Positions 1-10,317 of a stretch of 64,000 bases of DNA are shown piece by piece (the stretch's first letter is position 1; each line of letters begins with the position of its first letter). The notes under the pieces were generated by a model that was given only the letters and a program-made list of their open reading frames with translations, did not search any database and was not told the origin of the DNA. The stretch covers positions 512,328 through 576,327 of the forward strand of contig CBDFMH010000005.1 of assembly GCA_965249545.1 (NCBI GenBank), written 5' to 3'. Source of the stretch: Pirellulales bacterium (GTDB lineage: Bacteria; Planctomycetota; Planctomycetia; Pirellulales; UBA1268). A program made the translations under genes and the position numbers.

Positions 1-311
1 AGTGTCATAAAAAGAACTTGTAGTGGAAAGCTGCTAATTCGACAAAAATGTGTCGAAATTGTGTCGATTTGCTTTCGATTGACGCGGAATAATCCAAAGG
101 ATTAACAGTACTAAGACTCATTAAGAAAAACGTTTACTCACTCTATTAATAATGGGTTGGAGAAAACGAGAGAAAAATCAGACTAATAGAAAACTGGATA
201 CATAGCATTATTAAAAAAAGAGAAATCGGTAATCTATAATAGAGATACACGCACGACATAGTTCCATGAGATACGTGTATATGAGCAGTATCGATCTTCA
301 AAGTCTGACTG

Positions 312-2897
312 ATGTTTCAACGTTTCATTACAGCTGCTGTCGTCTCGCTGATGTCCCTTGTTTCCGGGTTCGGCAACGAAATTTCTTACACATCGAATTC
401 ACTAGAACATGATTCTCATGCCGTTATATTGGATTCTGAAATCCTATCTGGCTTTCTTCATGAACATTGCACACGGTGTCACGGTCCAAAAGAACAGAAT
501 GGCGAAACGCGGCTGGATACTCTTGAGTTCAAGATTGCGAATAACGATACGGCCTTGCACTGGCAGGAAGTGCTTGATGTATTGAACCTCGGTGAGATGC
601 CGCCTGAAGATGAGCCTGCACCGACAGAAGAGCAACTGCAAAAAGTGTTGGCTCATTTAACCGAAGCACTTACAGAATCGAAGAAGCGTCTGTCAGAGAC
701 CGGTGGTGATGTTGTGCTACGTCGTATGAATCGTCGCGAGTACAAATACACTATTGATCAGTTGTTCGGCCTGCGCGTGCCGGAGGACTTGTTGCCACCG
801 GATGACATCGCGGAAGGCTACGACACGGTTGGCCACGACCAACAGTTTTCAAGCTACCAATTTGATAACTACTTTTCGGCGGCAAAAACGATTGTGAAAG
901 TCGCTCTCGATTGGGTTGATCAGCCTCGTGAACGAGCTCAAGTACATCAATCTGAGCCGGAGCGAGCTAACTCCAAAACACAATCTTACATCGACGACTA
1001 TGAAAAAAAGATGGCTCGCATCAAGAAGGGTGCTACCTTCAAAGATTTGGGACTTGATGATGAAAAACAGTTTCAGTTGTTTATCAAGCGTTATGATCCT
1101 CGGGCAGGCGGACGCAAGCGTTACCTGGCCAAGCCATATGCCGATCAAGGCGTCTTCCTGCTGGAAGGACGCAACCACAGCAGAGCGATTCACACCAAAG
1201 AGCAGGTAGATCCGAGGGCTTCCTATACGTATCGCGTAATCGCGGGTCTGAACGGTTCACCACCGTCGATTCGACAGTTTGCCAAAATGCAGGTTGGTGA
1301 ACGAACCGCTGGCTATCTAAAGATTAAAGGTTCTCCAGAGTCTTCGGTGATACATGAAGTGAAGTTCCGTCCGTTCCTGACTGAAGGACAGAGTGGCTTT
1401 GATGTGAAGGAAAATAAAGCCGCAGTAAATATTAAAATCTACTACAAGAACCTTGATGGAAAAGGAAAGGAGCCCGAGTCATCGATCTGGGTCGACCGAA
1501 TGGAACGTGAGGGACCATTTTATGGTAGTCCTGCTTCTTTTGAATCCACTTATCACGCGACGCTTGGCAATGCCACGCAGGAAACAGAAAAAACAAGTGT
1601 AAAGAAAAAACAAGAGAATGATGAACGGGCAGTTCGTTTCTTAAACGAATTCATGACAAAAGCATTTCGTCATCGTGAGCCAGCACCTGAGTTCGTCGAA
1701 CGCGTACAAAGTATGTACCGGCTACATCGCAGCAATGGTCGTACGATCAAGCAATCACTGGAAACTCCATTGGCGATGATTCTAAGTTCCCCCAGTTTTC
1801 TGTACCTGATGGAAAATACTGCAGTAGGCTCGGATGGACGCCTCAGCGATCTGGAGTTTGCGAATCGGATGTCATACTTTTTATGGAGTCGTCCGCCTGA
1901 TAAAACGCTTCTGCAGGCAGCAGCTGGTGGTGAACTGTCCGATCCATCAGCACTGAAAACGCATGTAGATCGTATGCTTCAGTCACCCAATAGTTGGGCT
2001 TTGTCAGAAGGCTTCTTCAGTCAGTGGGCTGATCTAGAGCGGTTTGACAATATCGCCATTGATGAAACTCAGCACATTGTGTTCAACAGTGGCATTCGTG
2101 AGTCAGCACGGCTTGAAGTGCAACACTTTTTTGACACGATGGTCAAAGAGAATCTCGGCCTCACTACGTTAATTGATTCAAATTTTATTGTCATCAATGA
2201 TTTGTTGGCATTTCATTACGGACTTGAACTACCAAACGCAAACGCCGGATTCCAAAAGGTCTCTTTACCTGCTGGAGTATCGCGTGGTGGACTGCTCGGA
2301 ATGACGGCATTTCTCACGATGGGATCAAACGGAGAACGTTCATCTCCGATTATTCGTGGTGCACTGGTCATGGAGAAATTTTTGAATCGAAAACCTTCGC
2401 CCCCTCCACCGAATGTTCCTGAGCTTGCACTGGCCAGCGAAAAACCTCTGGCAGTGAAGGAGATCCTTGCTTTGCACCGTGAGAAAGCGCAATGTGCCTC
2501 ATGCCATAGCAGTTTCGATCCATTAGGATTTGGTTTGGAAAACTTTGATTTATTGGGCCAGTGGCGCGAAAACGAAACAGTTGGCAACATCGGCAAGAAA
2601 TCCGGAAAGGGCAGGCCAAAGCAAATCCCGATCCGTGCAGATGGAGTTTTTCCTAACAACGGCCATGTCTTCAAAAATCTGGAAGAATTCCGAGCCGGAT
2701 TGATGAAGGAAAAGCACCTGCTTACCCGATCCATTACCGAAGGCCTGTTGTCTTACGGACTGGGGCGTCATATTGAGTTTGCAGATACTCAGGTTGTTGA
2801 TGAGATCTGTGCTCAAGCTGAACAAGAAGAGCTGCGAACTGGTGATTTGATTTTCACAATTGTTAATCATCCTGTTTTCCGTCGAGCTGATAGGTAA
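312..2897 (+). CDS. Planctomycete cytochrome-c domain protein, DUF1592/DUF1588/DUF1585 (PSCyt/PSD) family
   Basis: 861-aa ORF with hydrophobic N-terminus. Two CxxCH motifs: CTRCHGP near the N-terminus and CASCHSSFDPLGFGLENFD near the C-terminus. LNLGEMPPED motif. Same architecture as 13421-16123. Confidence 0.9.
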   Translation: MFQRFITAAVVSLMSLVSGFGNEISYTSNSLEHDSHAVILDSEILSGFLHEHCTRCHGPKEQNGETRLDTLEFKIANNDTALHWQEVLDVLNLGEMPPEDEPAPTEEQLQKVLAHLTEALTESKKRLSETGGDVVLRRMNRREYKYTIDQLFGLRVPEDLLPPDDIAEGYDTVGHDQQFSSYQFDNYFSAAKTIVKVALDWVDQPRERAQVHQSEPERANSKTQSYIDDYEKKMARIKKGATFKDLGLDDEKQFQLFIKRYDPRAGGRKRYLAKPYADQGVFLLEGRNHSRAIHTKEQVDPRASYTYRVIAGLNGSPPSIRQFAKMQVGERTAGYLKIKGSPESSVIHEVKFRPFLTEGQSGFDVKENKAAVNIKIYYKNLDGKGKEPESSIWVDRMEREGPFYGSPASFESTYHATLGNATQETEKTSVKKKQENDERAVRFLNEFMTKAFRHREPAPEFVERVQSMYRLHRSNGRTIKQSLETPLAMILSSPSFLYLMENTAVGSDGRLSDLEFANRMSYFLWSRPPDKTLLQAAAGGELSDPSALKTHVDRMLQSPNSWALSEGFFSQWADLERFDNIAIDETQHIVFNSGIRESARLEVQHFFDTMVKENLGLTTLIDSNFIVINDLLAFHYGLELPNANAGFQKVSLPAGVSRGGLLGMTAFLTMGSNGERSSPIIRGALVMEKFLNRKPSPPPPNVPELALASEKPLAVKEILALHREKAQCASCHSSFDPLGFGLENFDLLGQWRENETVGNIGKKSGKGRPKQIPIRADGVFPNNGHVFKNLEEFRAGLMKEKHLLTRSITEGLLSYGLGRHIEFADTQVVDEICAQAEQEELRTGDLIFTIVNHPVFRRADR

Positions 2898-2912
2898 TTA
2901 CTGAGTACAAAT

Positions 2913-4193
2913 ATGAGCATCACCCTTTACAACCGTCGTACAATTCTCAAAGCAGGATCCACCGCACTGGCTATTCCGTTGATGGAATCTGTCGGCTTCG
3001 CGAAGACTTCTCTACCCTCACCAAAGCGATTTCTAATGATTGGCTGCGGGTACGGCTTTACCAAGGAAACTTTTTTTCCAACTGAAGCTGGTCGCTTTGC
3101 AGACATTGGGCTCACTCCAGGCCTGAAGCCATTGGAGCGACATCGTGACGACATAACTATGGTGTCGAATCTGACGAACCTTGGTGCAACCAACGCGCAT
3201 GGCGGCAGTACGTCTTATCTAACAGGAGCAAATGTTAGTGGCACCCCAGGCAACAAATTTCATAATTCGATCTCACTCGATCAGGTGATTGCTCGCAAGA
3301 TCGGTCAAGACACTCGTTTCCCGACTATTCCAATCAGTGACACATCCGGCAATGACGGTCATGGTCCTGGGCTGTCACTTTCGTGGTCTGATAAAGGGCA
3401 TCCGATTCCCGGTGTTACCAACCCATTGGATCTTTACCATCAGTTGTTTGGTCAAGATAAGGAAACAAATGCAGAGCGTGAATTCCGTCTCGCTGAACGA
3501 CGAAGTGTTCTTGATGGCATGGTTGCTGATCTCAAATCTTCAAGCCAAAATCTCAGTAAGACAGATAAGAGAAAGCTGGAAGACTATCTGCAATCGATTC
3601 GCCAGATCGAACAAAGTATCAGTCGAGAAGTTGAATGGGCGAATACGCCGAAGCCTGAATCGCCACTGAAACAACCGAAGGACGCAATGGATGGCCTTGC
3701 ATCGCTGAAGACTTTTCAAAAATTAATCGTCGCGGCATTTCAAACTGACTCGACGCGAGTAATCACATATCGCCAACCTATTAGCTCGATCTTGAAGAGT
3801 TGGGATTTCAGTCTCGGTGCACATTCGCTGTCTCACTATAACCTCGACCCTCGTCGGCGAGAGGCTTCACAGCAGAAGGATGTCATGTTCATGGAACTCT
3901 TCGCGGGCCTGATCGATCTATTTAAGCAAACCGATGACATCCACGGCCAGAATCTCTTTCAGTCCACTCTGATCAGCTATGGTTCCAATCTGAGAACCGG
4001 CCACGGATTGAAAGGGTGCCCCGCCCTCTATGCCGGTGGTGCAGCAACCAATCTGAAGTACGGCGAACATATTGTGTTACAAAAAAAGGACACACCGCTT
4101 GCCAATTATTGGCTGACACTTGTTCAGCAAGCCGGTGTACCACTCGACCGGTTTAGTCACAGCACTGGCAGCCTTTCGGAACTGCTTTCTTAG
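2913..4193 (+). CDS. DUF1552 (HXXSHH) family protein with Tat-like signal
   Basis: 426-aa ORF 15 nt downstream of the previous gene. N-terminus NRRTILKAGSTALAIPLMES. HSLSHY motif. Paralogue of 12126-13424. Confidence 0.9.
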   Translation: MSITLYNRRTILKAGSTALAIPLMESVGFAKTSLPSPKRFLMIGCGYGFTKETFFPTEAGRFADIGLTPGLKPLERHRDDITMVSNLTNLGATNAHGGSTSYLTGANVSGTPGNKFHNSISLDQVIARKIGQDTRFPTIPISDTSGNDGHGPGLSLSWSDKGHPIPGVTNPLDLYHQLFGQDKETNAEREFRLAERRSVLDGMVADLKSSSQNLSKTDKRKLEDYLQSIRQIEQSISREVEWANTPKPESPLKQPKDAMDGLASLKTFQKLIVAAFQTDSTRVITYRQPISSILKSWDFSLGAHSLSHYNLDPRRREASQQKDVMFMELFAGLIDLFKQTDDIHGQNLFQSTLISYGSNLRTGHGLKGCPALYAGGAATNLKYGEHIVLQKKDTPLANYWLTLVQQAGVPLDRFSHSTGSLSELLS

Positions 4194-4501
4194 GACGCGC
4201 GGTACCAAAGCCTGGTTGGATTTCGTCAAAGAGTGCGCGTTGCTGGAAAGTTCATCCGATGCTTGTCAATTTTCAAATGTAGCCAAACAAAATGAAACAA
4301 ATGGCTGCCCGCTATGAAGTTTACGTGTAATAGAATTGCTCTAGTAATTGACTACTCTTCAACACTTCAGAAAATCAACGCGTCACCCCCAGAATCCGTT
4401 TCAAGTCAAAATTGCTCCCATTCACAACCCTTTGAAAGTAACCACCCCTCTATATAAAAAGAAAATATTGAGGGTGATAGTTGTAGAGTGCTGTGTTGAA
4501 C

Positions 4502-4750
4502 GGCTGTTAAAAATCAAACTGTGAGCTTGTTCAATTCTGTGTGGAGAATGTGTGGAAGATTAGTGGGCGGAGTCGGGCCAAAAATGAAGAGTTGTTATCT
4601 ATTACGAGTGAAACAACGTTTGGCCTTCTGTTGCCCACTGTTGCCCAATAAACTTTTCTCCGTGTTTTGAGAGGTGCGACTCCTGCCTGGGGTACTTGGT
4701 TTTGCCTGTAGCACGGGTGAAAGTACGTCCTCCACACATTTGTGTGGAAC
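4502..4750 (+). repeat. Intergenic repeat family, copy A (longest)
   Basis: Aligns by eye to 6584-6781 and 11491-11691. Contains hairpins GGCCAAA...TTTGGCC (4576-4625) and CCACACA..TGTGTGG (4732-4747). Confidence 0.7.
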
Positions 4751-4895
4751 ATGGCTGGACGGATAGCAGCCGAAGGTAATTCAAAGCTGAAGAACTACTC
4801 GGTGCTCAAATTATTGACACCAAGACACAATAATCCTCTACTCAACGACAAATGTTTAATGCCTGACGATCTCATAAACTAGTTTGGATGAATTA

Positions 4896-6575
4896 ATGAT
4901 ATATCTACTGAAGGCGTCTGCTTTCCTGTGTATTTCTATTGCCAGTGTCACCGCGGCCACAAATCCCCCCGACACTATTTTTTTTAATGGAAAAATTCTT
5001 ACTGTAGACCCACAGTTTTCAGTAGCCGAAGCAATCGCGATTTCTGATGGACGCATTGTTGCCGTTGGCAACAATGCTGAAATTCTCGGACTCTCTGAAG
5101 ACCAAACAAATCGATGTGATCTTGAAGGCCACACTGTTATTCCTGGCCTTATCGACAATCATATGCACTACATGCGAGGCGCTTCGAGGTGGCGTTTTGA
5201 AGCCAGAATTGATGGCGTAACATCTCGAAAAAAAGCACTCAATATAATTAGTCAAAGAGCTAAGGAAATTAAGCCGGGGCAATGGGTATTCGTACTTGGT
5301 GGCTGGAATGAGCAACAGTTTGCTGACACACCAGGAGGATTTACAACCGAAGAACTTGATGCCGCAGCACCTGTAAATCCCGTGTTTATTCAAAAATCAT
5401 ATAGCAAAGCCTATATGAATAGCTTGGCCGAACAAGAATTAGCACAATCGCAAAACGATAGCGGTCGGGACAGTGGGCAGCAAAACAACTTTCCCAATAC
5501 GCAACGCCGTTCCAATCGATCAAGCGGAGGACGTTCACAAACTGGACGCAGTTCATCTCGTCGATCTGGAGGTGCAAGAACCATCATCAACCAGGCCACA
5601 ACATATGTTCCAAGTCGATCCGAAAGTGAGCGTGTTGAAGACATTATTCTCTTTAACTCTGTTCTCAATAGCCATGGACTTACCACCGTCTATGACGTCG
5701 GACGATCAACCGACGGCAACTTCGACCCCGTCAAGACTCTTGCTGAACAAGACGAATTGACTGTCCGGGTTTTCCATTCTTTGCGATATCGAGCAAATAA
5801 TCCTATAGAAGTCAACGAAGCTCTGACATTCATCAAATCTTCAGAACCAAGATCAAACAATGACTGGTTTGGACTTATTGGTATTGGTGAGCACACCTAC
5901 AACCCATTGCACGACAGTTCAATGCGGGTGAGTCTTTATGATGATGACGTCTGGCAGCAATTTCAAAGAATTGCTGTATATGCAGCTGAGGGCGGCTGGC
6001 ATATTCACGAACACGCGATGCAAGATTCTACAGCAAGCCGAATTCTTGATATTGCTGAGGTAATTAACAAAGATCACTTGATGAAAGATCTTCGTTGGAC
6101 AATTGCACACTGTGACTTAATCTCAAATGAGAGCATAGAGCGGGCAAAAGAACTTGGCCTTACGATTGCGGTTCATAATAAAACAGCAAAGCCAGCAATG
6201 GATAATCGTGATTCCCCTCCAATCGCATCAATACAGGACAGCGGTATCGTTTGGGGACTTGGATCTGATTCTACTGTTGTTTCAACTATCAATCCCTTCC
6301 ATTCATTATGGTGGGTGACCAGTGGAAAAGTTTTCCCAAATAAACAATCAATTAAAAACACGGTGTCTCGTCAAGCAGCGTTAACTGCTCATACTAGAAA
6401 CAACGCTTTTCTATTATTTAAAGAAAATGATTTAGGCAGTATTGAGGTTGGTAAGTGGGCTGACCTCGTTGTGCTTGATCGTGACTATATGACTGTGCCA
6501 GTTGATGAGATTCGTGAGATCTCGCCCCTTCAAACGATCATTCGAGGAGAAATAGTTTACAACTCGGCAAATTGA
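4896..6575 (+). CDS. Amidohydrolase-family metal hydrolase (YtcJ-like), secreted
   Basis: Signal-like MIYLLKASAFLCISIASVTAA. GLIDNHMHY metal motif. C-terminal WADLVVLDRDYMTVPVDEI typical of the family. ORF track start 4884 is TTG; first ATG is at 4896. Confidence 0.85.
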   Translation: MIYLLKASAFLCISIASVTAATNPPDTIFFNGKILTVDPQFSVAEAIAISDGRIVAVGNNAEILGLSEDQTNRCDLEGHTVIPGLIDNHMHYMRGASRWRFEARIDGVTSRKKALNIISQRAKEIKPGQWVFVLGGWNEQQFADTPGGFTTEELDAAAPVNPVFIQKSYSKAYMNSLAEQELAQSQNDSGRDSGQQNNFPNTQRRSNRSSGGRSQTGRSSSRRSGGARTIINQATTYVPSRSESERVEDIILFNSVLNSHGLTTVYDVGRSTDGNFDPVKTLAEQDELTVRVFHSLRYRANNPIEVNEALTFIKSSEPRSNNDWFGLIGIGEHTYNPLHDSSMRVSLYDDDVWQQFQRIAVYAAEGGWHIHEHAMQDSTASRILDIAEVINKDHLMKDLRWTIAHCDLISNESIERAKELGLTIAVHNKTAKPAMDNRDSPPIASIQDSGIVWGLGSDSTVVSTINPFHSLWWVTSGKVFPNKQSIKNTVSRQAALTAHTRNNAFLLFKENDLGSIEVGKWADLVVLDRDYMTVPVDEIREISPLQTIIRGEIVYNSAN

Positions 6576-6583
6576 TTACCTTA

Positions 6584-6781
6584 TTCAATTCTGTGCGGAA
6601 GATTAGTGGTCAGAGTCGGGCCAAAAATGAAGACTTGTTATGTATTGCGAGTGAAGCAAGTTTGGCCTTCTGTTGCCAAATAAACTTTTCTCCATGTTTT
6701 TCACCATGCGACTCCTGCCGGGGTACTACTTTTTCCACAAGTGACGGTGATCTTCGCCAAAAGCACACATGTGTGTGCAAT
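6584..6781 (+). repeat. Intergenic repeat family, copy B
   Basis: Starts 9 nt after the amidohydrolase stop. Shares the blocks GATTAGTGG, GGCCAAAAATGAAGA, TTTGGCCTTCTGTTGCC and ATGCGACTCCTGCCGGGGTAC with copy A. Confidence 0.7.
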
Positions 6782-7317
6782 CTGTGGGCAAACGTGTTTT
6801 ATTCCAACGCCTTAGTCTTCATCCTGCTGTGGTTTCTATACTTCGCTGAACGAAAGTTTCTGTCCCGTATAGATTTGATGGCGTTTATTCGTTGCCGCCC
6901 TTTATTATTCCTCTGGCATGTGCGGCCCGGCTGATGGTGCATCGTCCAACATGTCGCCGAACTCCTCTTCTTCAGGTGGATCGTCTTGCATAGCTGCAGT
7001 TTTGTTAAGCCTTATCATTGCAAGGACAGCCCAAATCAAGATCAAGGGAACTGTGACGAAATCGATAGCCTGGATGCATAGGGTGTCGTTCTTTTAGAAA
7101 ATGGATTGAATCAAATCCATGACGATAACGCTGCTGAAAACACTTCTAAAAGTGCCGAGCAAGATCTGCAAAACAGTTAAAGCCCGCATATTCACCCGCG
7201 TTGTTCCCTCACAAAGAGAATTGATGCAACAAAAGATTGCACCCATCTACTTTAAGAGTCATGCTTGTACCAGGTAGATGTGGGTAGGGGGTCTTAAAAC
7301 CTTTTTGGACTTGTTTG

Positions 7318-10317
7318 ATGAATCTGTTTTCTTGGATCACATATTCTGGACACAAGAAAAAAAAGCGGACCCGTTCGTCATGCGGGCAGAAGCAGTATGA
7401 TTCTGTGCTGTCCTCAGAACAACTTGAACCGAGACAGTGTTTATCTGCAGCCGAAATGCCAGGGGGCGTTTATCGTTCCGGCAATATTAATCAGGCAGAT
7501 ATTGCCCTGCTCGCTGATGTTGCCCGGGCTCGTTATGACGTCGATGGTTCTGGCGTCAAGGTAGGCATTATATCCACAAGTTACAACTATCTTGGTGGGG
7601 CAGACTACGATATTGAACACGGCTCGCTTCCTGACAATGTCACAGTCGTTCATGATGACAACCACGCTGACGACGAAGGCCGTGCGATGGCACAACTCGT
7701 TCATTCAATCGCACCAGGTGCAGAGCTCTATGTTTCTAGCTGGAAAAAGTTCGGACAAGATCCAACGACCATGCAGCAGGCGATGGACATTCAAAAAAAG
7801 TTTGCAGAACGAATCAATGATCTTGTTGAACTTGGTTGCACGGTAATCGTTGATGACATCTATGATCCTCTTGAGCCATGGTTTCAAGATGGCCCCATAA
7901 GCCTTGCAGTCGATGATGCTGTGAACCAACGCGTGGCTTATTTTAGTGCTGCAGGTAATAACAGTAATGTGAGTTATCAATCAGAGGTTTCTCTGGTTCA
8001 TGCCCCTAGTACCCTCATCGATGAATGGAATGATTCAGACACGGGCACTTCCCCTGAATATACTGAGGCGCTCAGTGATCCGAGTCTACGATTTCATAAC
8101 TTTGCTCAGGGGAATGAGATCAACGTCCTCCAGGAAGTTTTTATACCAAATTACGGTCCAACAAGTACTTTTGTTGTTCAATGGGATCAAATTTGGGGTG
8201 CCAATAACAGCGCAGTTGAAGTCTGGTTTTTCGATGAACATAAGAAACCAATCGGAAAAGCCTATAGTCAAAACGAATACCCAATCGCAGTCATTTCCTT
8301 TGCAGGCATGCCGGCTCAAGAAAATCAACCAGCACTACCACCATTCAAAAAACAAGAGCCCTTTTTTGTTGCTTTTACCTATGACATGGATGGTTTCGAG
8401 GGCGACAATCATCCGCATGGCAATGATGGAAAAGATGCGCCTACCTTTTTTAAATGGATTGCTACCCTTAATGGAATCGGTGTCATAAATAATCAATCAA
8501 ATCAGGTGACTGTTGACCCACCATCTGGCTTTCAGGGCTCCAGCACAGCATGGGGGCACAACAATTCTCGACTTGGAGCAGCTGTTGGTGCAGCGGCCTA
8601 TTGGAACACACCCGCCTACAACCAAGCAGATCCATTGTTAACCTCGTTTAGCTCCTGGGGTGGGACGCCAATCTTTTTTGAACAAGATAAACATGGAGAG
8701 ACAATCAGATTGCCTGAACCAGAAATTCGGCAGCAGCCACAGTTCACTGCACCACAAGAAGGTAACACCACTTTTTTTGGTTATCCAAGTTACGAAAAGA
8801 ATTTACTGCCGAATTTCCAAGGCACATCTGCCGCAGCACCGAACACCGCGGCAGTCGCTGCACTTATGCTTCAGCTTAACCCATCTCTTACGCCTTCTGA
8901 CATTTATGAAATATTAGCTGAAACAGCAGTTAGCATGTCAAACCCGTACTATCATCTGCCTGATTTCCCTGATGATCAATTTAATTATGCGACTGGTGCA
9001 GGACTCATTCAAGCTAAAGATGCAGTCGCTGCTATTGCAGACATTTCCATAGAGGGGAAGGTCTTTGAAGACTTTGGAAGAGATGGGCGATTGAATCGAG
9101 GAGATCGAACACTAGCGGGCTACGAGGTCTTCTTAGACAGTAACAGAAATGGCATTCATGACGCGGCACCACAACCTGAGTCAAACAATGAATTTATTTC
9201 TTTCCACCAGTCTGAGCCTTTATTAGTAAAAGCAGGTGCGAAAGCGAGTAATCCGAATAGATGGCCTGAGAAACCCCCAGGACAAAACTTTTTTGGCCCC
9301 TATGGCGATGTCTCTTACTGGCCAAAAAAAGCATTTTCTCCAATTATCGTTTCTGAAATGCCGGGAACAATAATTGACCTCGAGCTGACTTATGAAATAA
9401 CACCTACATCAAATGCAACACCAGTGAATCCTTTCTTTCTTACGCTGGTGAGTCCGCTTGGTATTCGTGTACCCGTTGTTGGAACTAAAATAGAAGGAGG
9501 CTCCTTTAACAACAATGGATCGCTCCATGTGACACCAAGCTACATTCTCTCGGACACAGAAACCAAAAGCAGCACAATCTCAATGGGTGTTGAAACCGGT
9601 GCACAGCAGTCTCTTGTTGATCTCAGCGCATTCACAAATACTCCTGCGAATGGTGAATGGTATCTGGAGGTCATGAATCCTGACCCAAACCGCGAATATG
9701 TACTCGAAAATTGGTCTTTGTCACTCAGAACAGAAGAACCAATTACTTCGACTGCAAGTGACGGAACATATGAATTTCCTGGTTCATATCTTTCATTTTC
9801 ATCAGCCGTCGGTGCGTATACCCCAATGGTTGAACTGCCTGATAATCAATTCATAACAACTAATACCACAACAGAGATTGGGATCAGAAATCTCAAACCA
9901 ACTGTCAATATTGGGATTTCTCTACCTCGAGTTGAACGACCAGAACTGCTTCCCTCGACAAAAATCATTGTTGATAACAGCGTTCCGGGGCCAAACCCAT
10001 TTGTATTTTCATGGAATAATCTTGCTACATCACTGCTTCCATCGGTATCTGGTGTTCGATTCGTCGTCGACTCTGTACGTGGCACCGTTGAAAAGAAGTC
10101 TGGAGACACATGGGTCAATGTCTCTGCACCACCAACAACCAGTAATCCACGTGAACTACTTCGATTACTATCGTTGAGAATAATTAAACCGAGTGATGAA
10201 TTGCGATGGATACCCCCAGCCGAATCAGCACAAGCAGAAGAAGCATTTTCACTCATTGGATGGAATGGCAAATTTGCATCCGAATCAAAAAGCTCTATTC
10301 GCTTTGAGATGGTGTAA
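7318..10317 (+). CDS. Large secreted subtilase-like (S8-type) protein with SdrD/Cna-B-like repeat and proprotein-convertase P-domain-like region
   Basis: FQGTSAAAPNTAAVAALM (Ser motif). YFSAAGNNS (oxyanion Asn). GKVFEDFGRDGRLNRGDRTLAGYEVFLDSNRNG. ANGEWYLEVMNPDPNREYVLENWSLSL (P-domain-like). N-terminal LEPRQCLSA motif. Confidence 0.8.
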   Translation: MNLFSWITYSGHKKKKRTRSSCGQKQYDSVLSSEQLEPRQCLSAAEMPGGVYRSGNINQADIALLADVARARYDVDGSGVKVGIISTSYNYLGGADYDIEHGSLPDNVTVVHDDNHADDEGRAMAQLVHSIAPGAELYVSSWKKFGQDPTTMQQAMDIQKKFAERINDLVELGCTVIVDDIYDPLEPWFQDGPISLAVDDAVNQRVAYFSAAGNNSNVSYQSEVSLVHAPSTLIDEWNDSDTGTSPEYTEALSDPSLRFHNFAQGNEINVLQEVFIPNYGPTSTFVVQWDQIWGANNSAVEVWFFDEHKKPIGKAYSQNEYPIAVISFAGMPAQENQPALPPFKKQEPFFVAFTYDMDGFEGDNHPHGNDGKDAPTFFKWIATLNGIGVINNQSNQVTVDPPSGFQGSSTAWGHNNSRLGAAVGAAAYWNTPAYNQADPLLTSFSSWGGTPIFFEQDKHGETIRLPEPEIRQQPQFTAPQEGNTTFFGYPSYEKNLLPNFQGTSAAAPNTAAVAALMLQLNPSLTPSDIYEILAETAVSMSNPYYHLPDFPDDQFNYATGAGLIQAKDAVAAIADISIEGKVFEDFGRDGRLNRGDRTLAGYEVFLDSNRNGIHDAAPQPESNNEFISFHQSEPLLVKAGAKASNPNRWPEKPPGQNFFGPYGDVSYWPKKAFSPIIVSEMPGTIIDLELTYEITPTSNATPVNPFFLTLVSPLGIRVPVVGTKIEGGSFNNNGSLHVTPSYILSDTETKSSTISMGVETGAQQSLVDLSAFTNTPANGEWYLEVMNPDPNREYVLENWSLSLRTEEPITSTASDGTYEFPGSYLSFSSAVGAYTPMVELPDNQFITTNTTTEIGIRNLKPTVNIGISLPRVERPELLPSTKIIVDNSVPGPNPFVFSWNNLATSLLPSVSGVRFVVDSVRGTVEKKSGDTWVNVSAPPTTSNPRELLRLLSLRIIKPSDELRWIPPAESAQAEEAFSLIGWNGKFASESKSSIRFEMV

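Noticed and set aside
4531-4784. Minus-strand ORFs of 73 and 60 aa, and the 120-aa plus-strand ORF 6572-6934, lying on the intergenic repeat copies
   Set aside because: The repeat copies differ by 10- and 11-nt indels, so no frame is shared between them. The translations are Cys/Arg/Phe-rich and not protein-like. They are better explained as non-coding repeat sequence.
6905-7045. 46-codon minus-strand ORF (TTG start) with one hydrophobic helix and an acidic tail (…ILIWAVLAMIRLNKTAAMQDDPPEEEEFGDMLDDAPSAGPHMPEE)
   Set aside because: The composition is plausible, but the only in-frame starts are TTG or internal ATGs. There is no supporting signal, so I did not call it.
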